From positions 5,015 through 69,014 of the forward strand of contig CAYYOV010000007.1 of NCBI GenBank assembly GCA_964473365.1: DNA of 64,000 nucleotides, written 5' to 3'. Below are positions 63,194-64,000 of this stretch, piece after piece. Source of the DNA: an uncultured Ignavibacteriaceae bacterium (GTDB taxonomy: Bacteria > Bacteroidota > Ignavibacteria > UBA10030). The notes below the pieces were generated by a model. The model saw only the letters and a program-made list of their open reading frames with translations. It was not told where the DNA came from and ran no database searches. The position numbers were made by a program, and so were the translations under genes. How positions within the stretch are numbered: position 1 is the first letter of the stretch; each line of letters opens with the position of its first letter.

Positions 63194-64000
63194 CTACCGT
63201 TTCAGACGAGGCATGTCTTTCGCGTAGCGGAAAATGCCGCCGGATCGTTTCTTCTTTGGCTCAACCTTCCGGAGTGGTTCGTCGTCTTGACGATTCGTCC
63301 ACATCTGTTGTCCGATCGAGAGCACGTTGAACACGGCATAGTAGAGGTTGAGGCCTGATGGGAACGAGTTGAAGAGCAACGTCATCATGATCGGCATCAT
63401 CCATACCATCATCTTTTGCCGCGGGTCTTTCACTGTCATCTTCTGCTGGATGAACATCGTGATGCCCATGAGAAGCGCGATGCCGCTCACCTCGGAGATG
63501 CCGAACAACGGCACATGGAAGGGGAGGGTGAACAGGACGTCCGGGACCGAAAGATCCGTGATCCAGCTGACGAAGTGCGCGTGGCGTAGCTCCACGATCG
63601 AGCGGAACATGGCATACAGCGCATACATGATCGGCAGCTGCAGCAGGATCGGGAGGCATCCGCCGGCCGGATTCACGCCGTATTCCTTGTAGAGGTTCAT
63701 GACGGCCTGGTTCATCTTCGCCGGGTCGTCTTTATGCTTCTCCTTGATTTCTTCCATCATCGGCTGAAGCGCTTGCATCCGCTTCATCGACTTCATGCTG
63801 CTCCGGGTGAGCGGATGGAGCAACAGTTTGATGAGGATGGAAAAGAGGATGATGACGATGCCCCAGTTCGGAATGAGGTAGTGTATTCCACGAAAGAGGG
63901 GAAGGAAGACCCACTCCGCGATGGGCCGGATCAGCCACGCCCAGCCAAGGCTCATCATGCCCTCCAGACCCACGCCATACGAACGCAGCACGTCGATATC
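63194..64000 (-). CDS. yidC: Membrane protein insertase YidC (Oxa1 family), C-terminal part; the gene continues beyond the 3' edge of the window
   Basis: The conserved YidC core is present, with GWGIVIILFSILIKLLLHPLT ... NPAGGCLPILLQLPIMYALY and a basic C-terminal tail (KKKRSGGIFRYAK). Confidence 0.8.
   Translation of the reverse strand, partial: DIDVLRSYGVGLEGMMSLGWAWLIRPIAEWVFLPLFRGIHYLIPNWGIVIILFSILIKLLLHPLTRSSMKSMKRMQALQPMMEEIKEKHKDDPAKMNQAVMNLYKEYGVNPAGGCLPILLQLPIMYALYAMFRSIVELRHAHFVSWITDLSVPDVLFTLPFHVPLFGISEVSGIALLMGITMFIQQKMTVKDPRQKMMVWMMPIMMTLLFNSFPSGLNLYYAVFNVLSIGQQMWTNRQDDEPLRKVEPKKKRSGGIFRYAKDMPRLKR

Noticed and set aside
1-64000. Searched by eye for CRISPR repeats, tRNA/rRNA genes, transposases, integrases, phage genes, toxin-antitoxin pairs and restriction-modification genes
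   Set aside because: None found. No intergenic region exceeds ~450 bp, and the longest ones (4269-4724, 29464-29782) contain no direct-repeat arrays. A tRNA-scan is still needed to exclude small RNAs formally.

Overview
This is a high-GC (~62%), gene-dense chromosomal segment with about 55 CDS and no rRNA, tRNA, CRISPR array, transposase or integrase that I could see. The gene content (PorV/PorQ-like outer membrane protein, FecR-like and ECF sigma/anti-sigma proteins, yidC-mnmE-mnmG-rsmG, dxr-rseP) suggests a Gram-negative of the FCB group (Bacteroidota/Rhodothermota/Ignavibacteriota-like), but I cannot assign a taxon from sequence alone.

Housekeeping genes I recognise with good confidence: miaB, pta, pdxJ, msrA, dxr, rseP, dnaX, lon, murQ, rsmG, mnmG, mnmE, and a partial yidC at the 3' edge. 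The window also has envelope and polysaccharide genes (a partial GT2 at the 5' edge, a DUF2079 protein, a Wzx-type flippase and two GT4s), an ECF sigma with a zf-HC2 anti-sigma, and a CHASE2 adenylate cyclase.

The main feature is a minus-strand osmotic-stress island at about 14.5-25.7 kb. It holds nhaA, an otsA-otsB fusion, a TreT-like GT4, an uncharacterised internally duplicated protein that is translationally coupled to an MscS channel, a GNAT/carbon-nitrogen-hydrolase fusion, an amidohydrolase, a TM-helix (MscS-like) protein and a CPA-type antiporter.

Other candidates for undescribed biology:
- A small Cys-rich exported protein with a double-glycine-like leader motif, next to a membrane thioredoxin-fold protein with a DsbA-type CPHC site.
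- An outer membrane protein that fuses a bactofilin-like beta-helix to an Omp85-type barrel.
- A secreted protein, a FecR-like protein and an 808-aa barrel in the position after dxr-rseP where bamA commonly sits.
- An AT-rich (~30% GC) intergenic island between miaB and pta.

All calls rest on reading translated ORFs and motifs by eye. No database searches were run.
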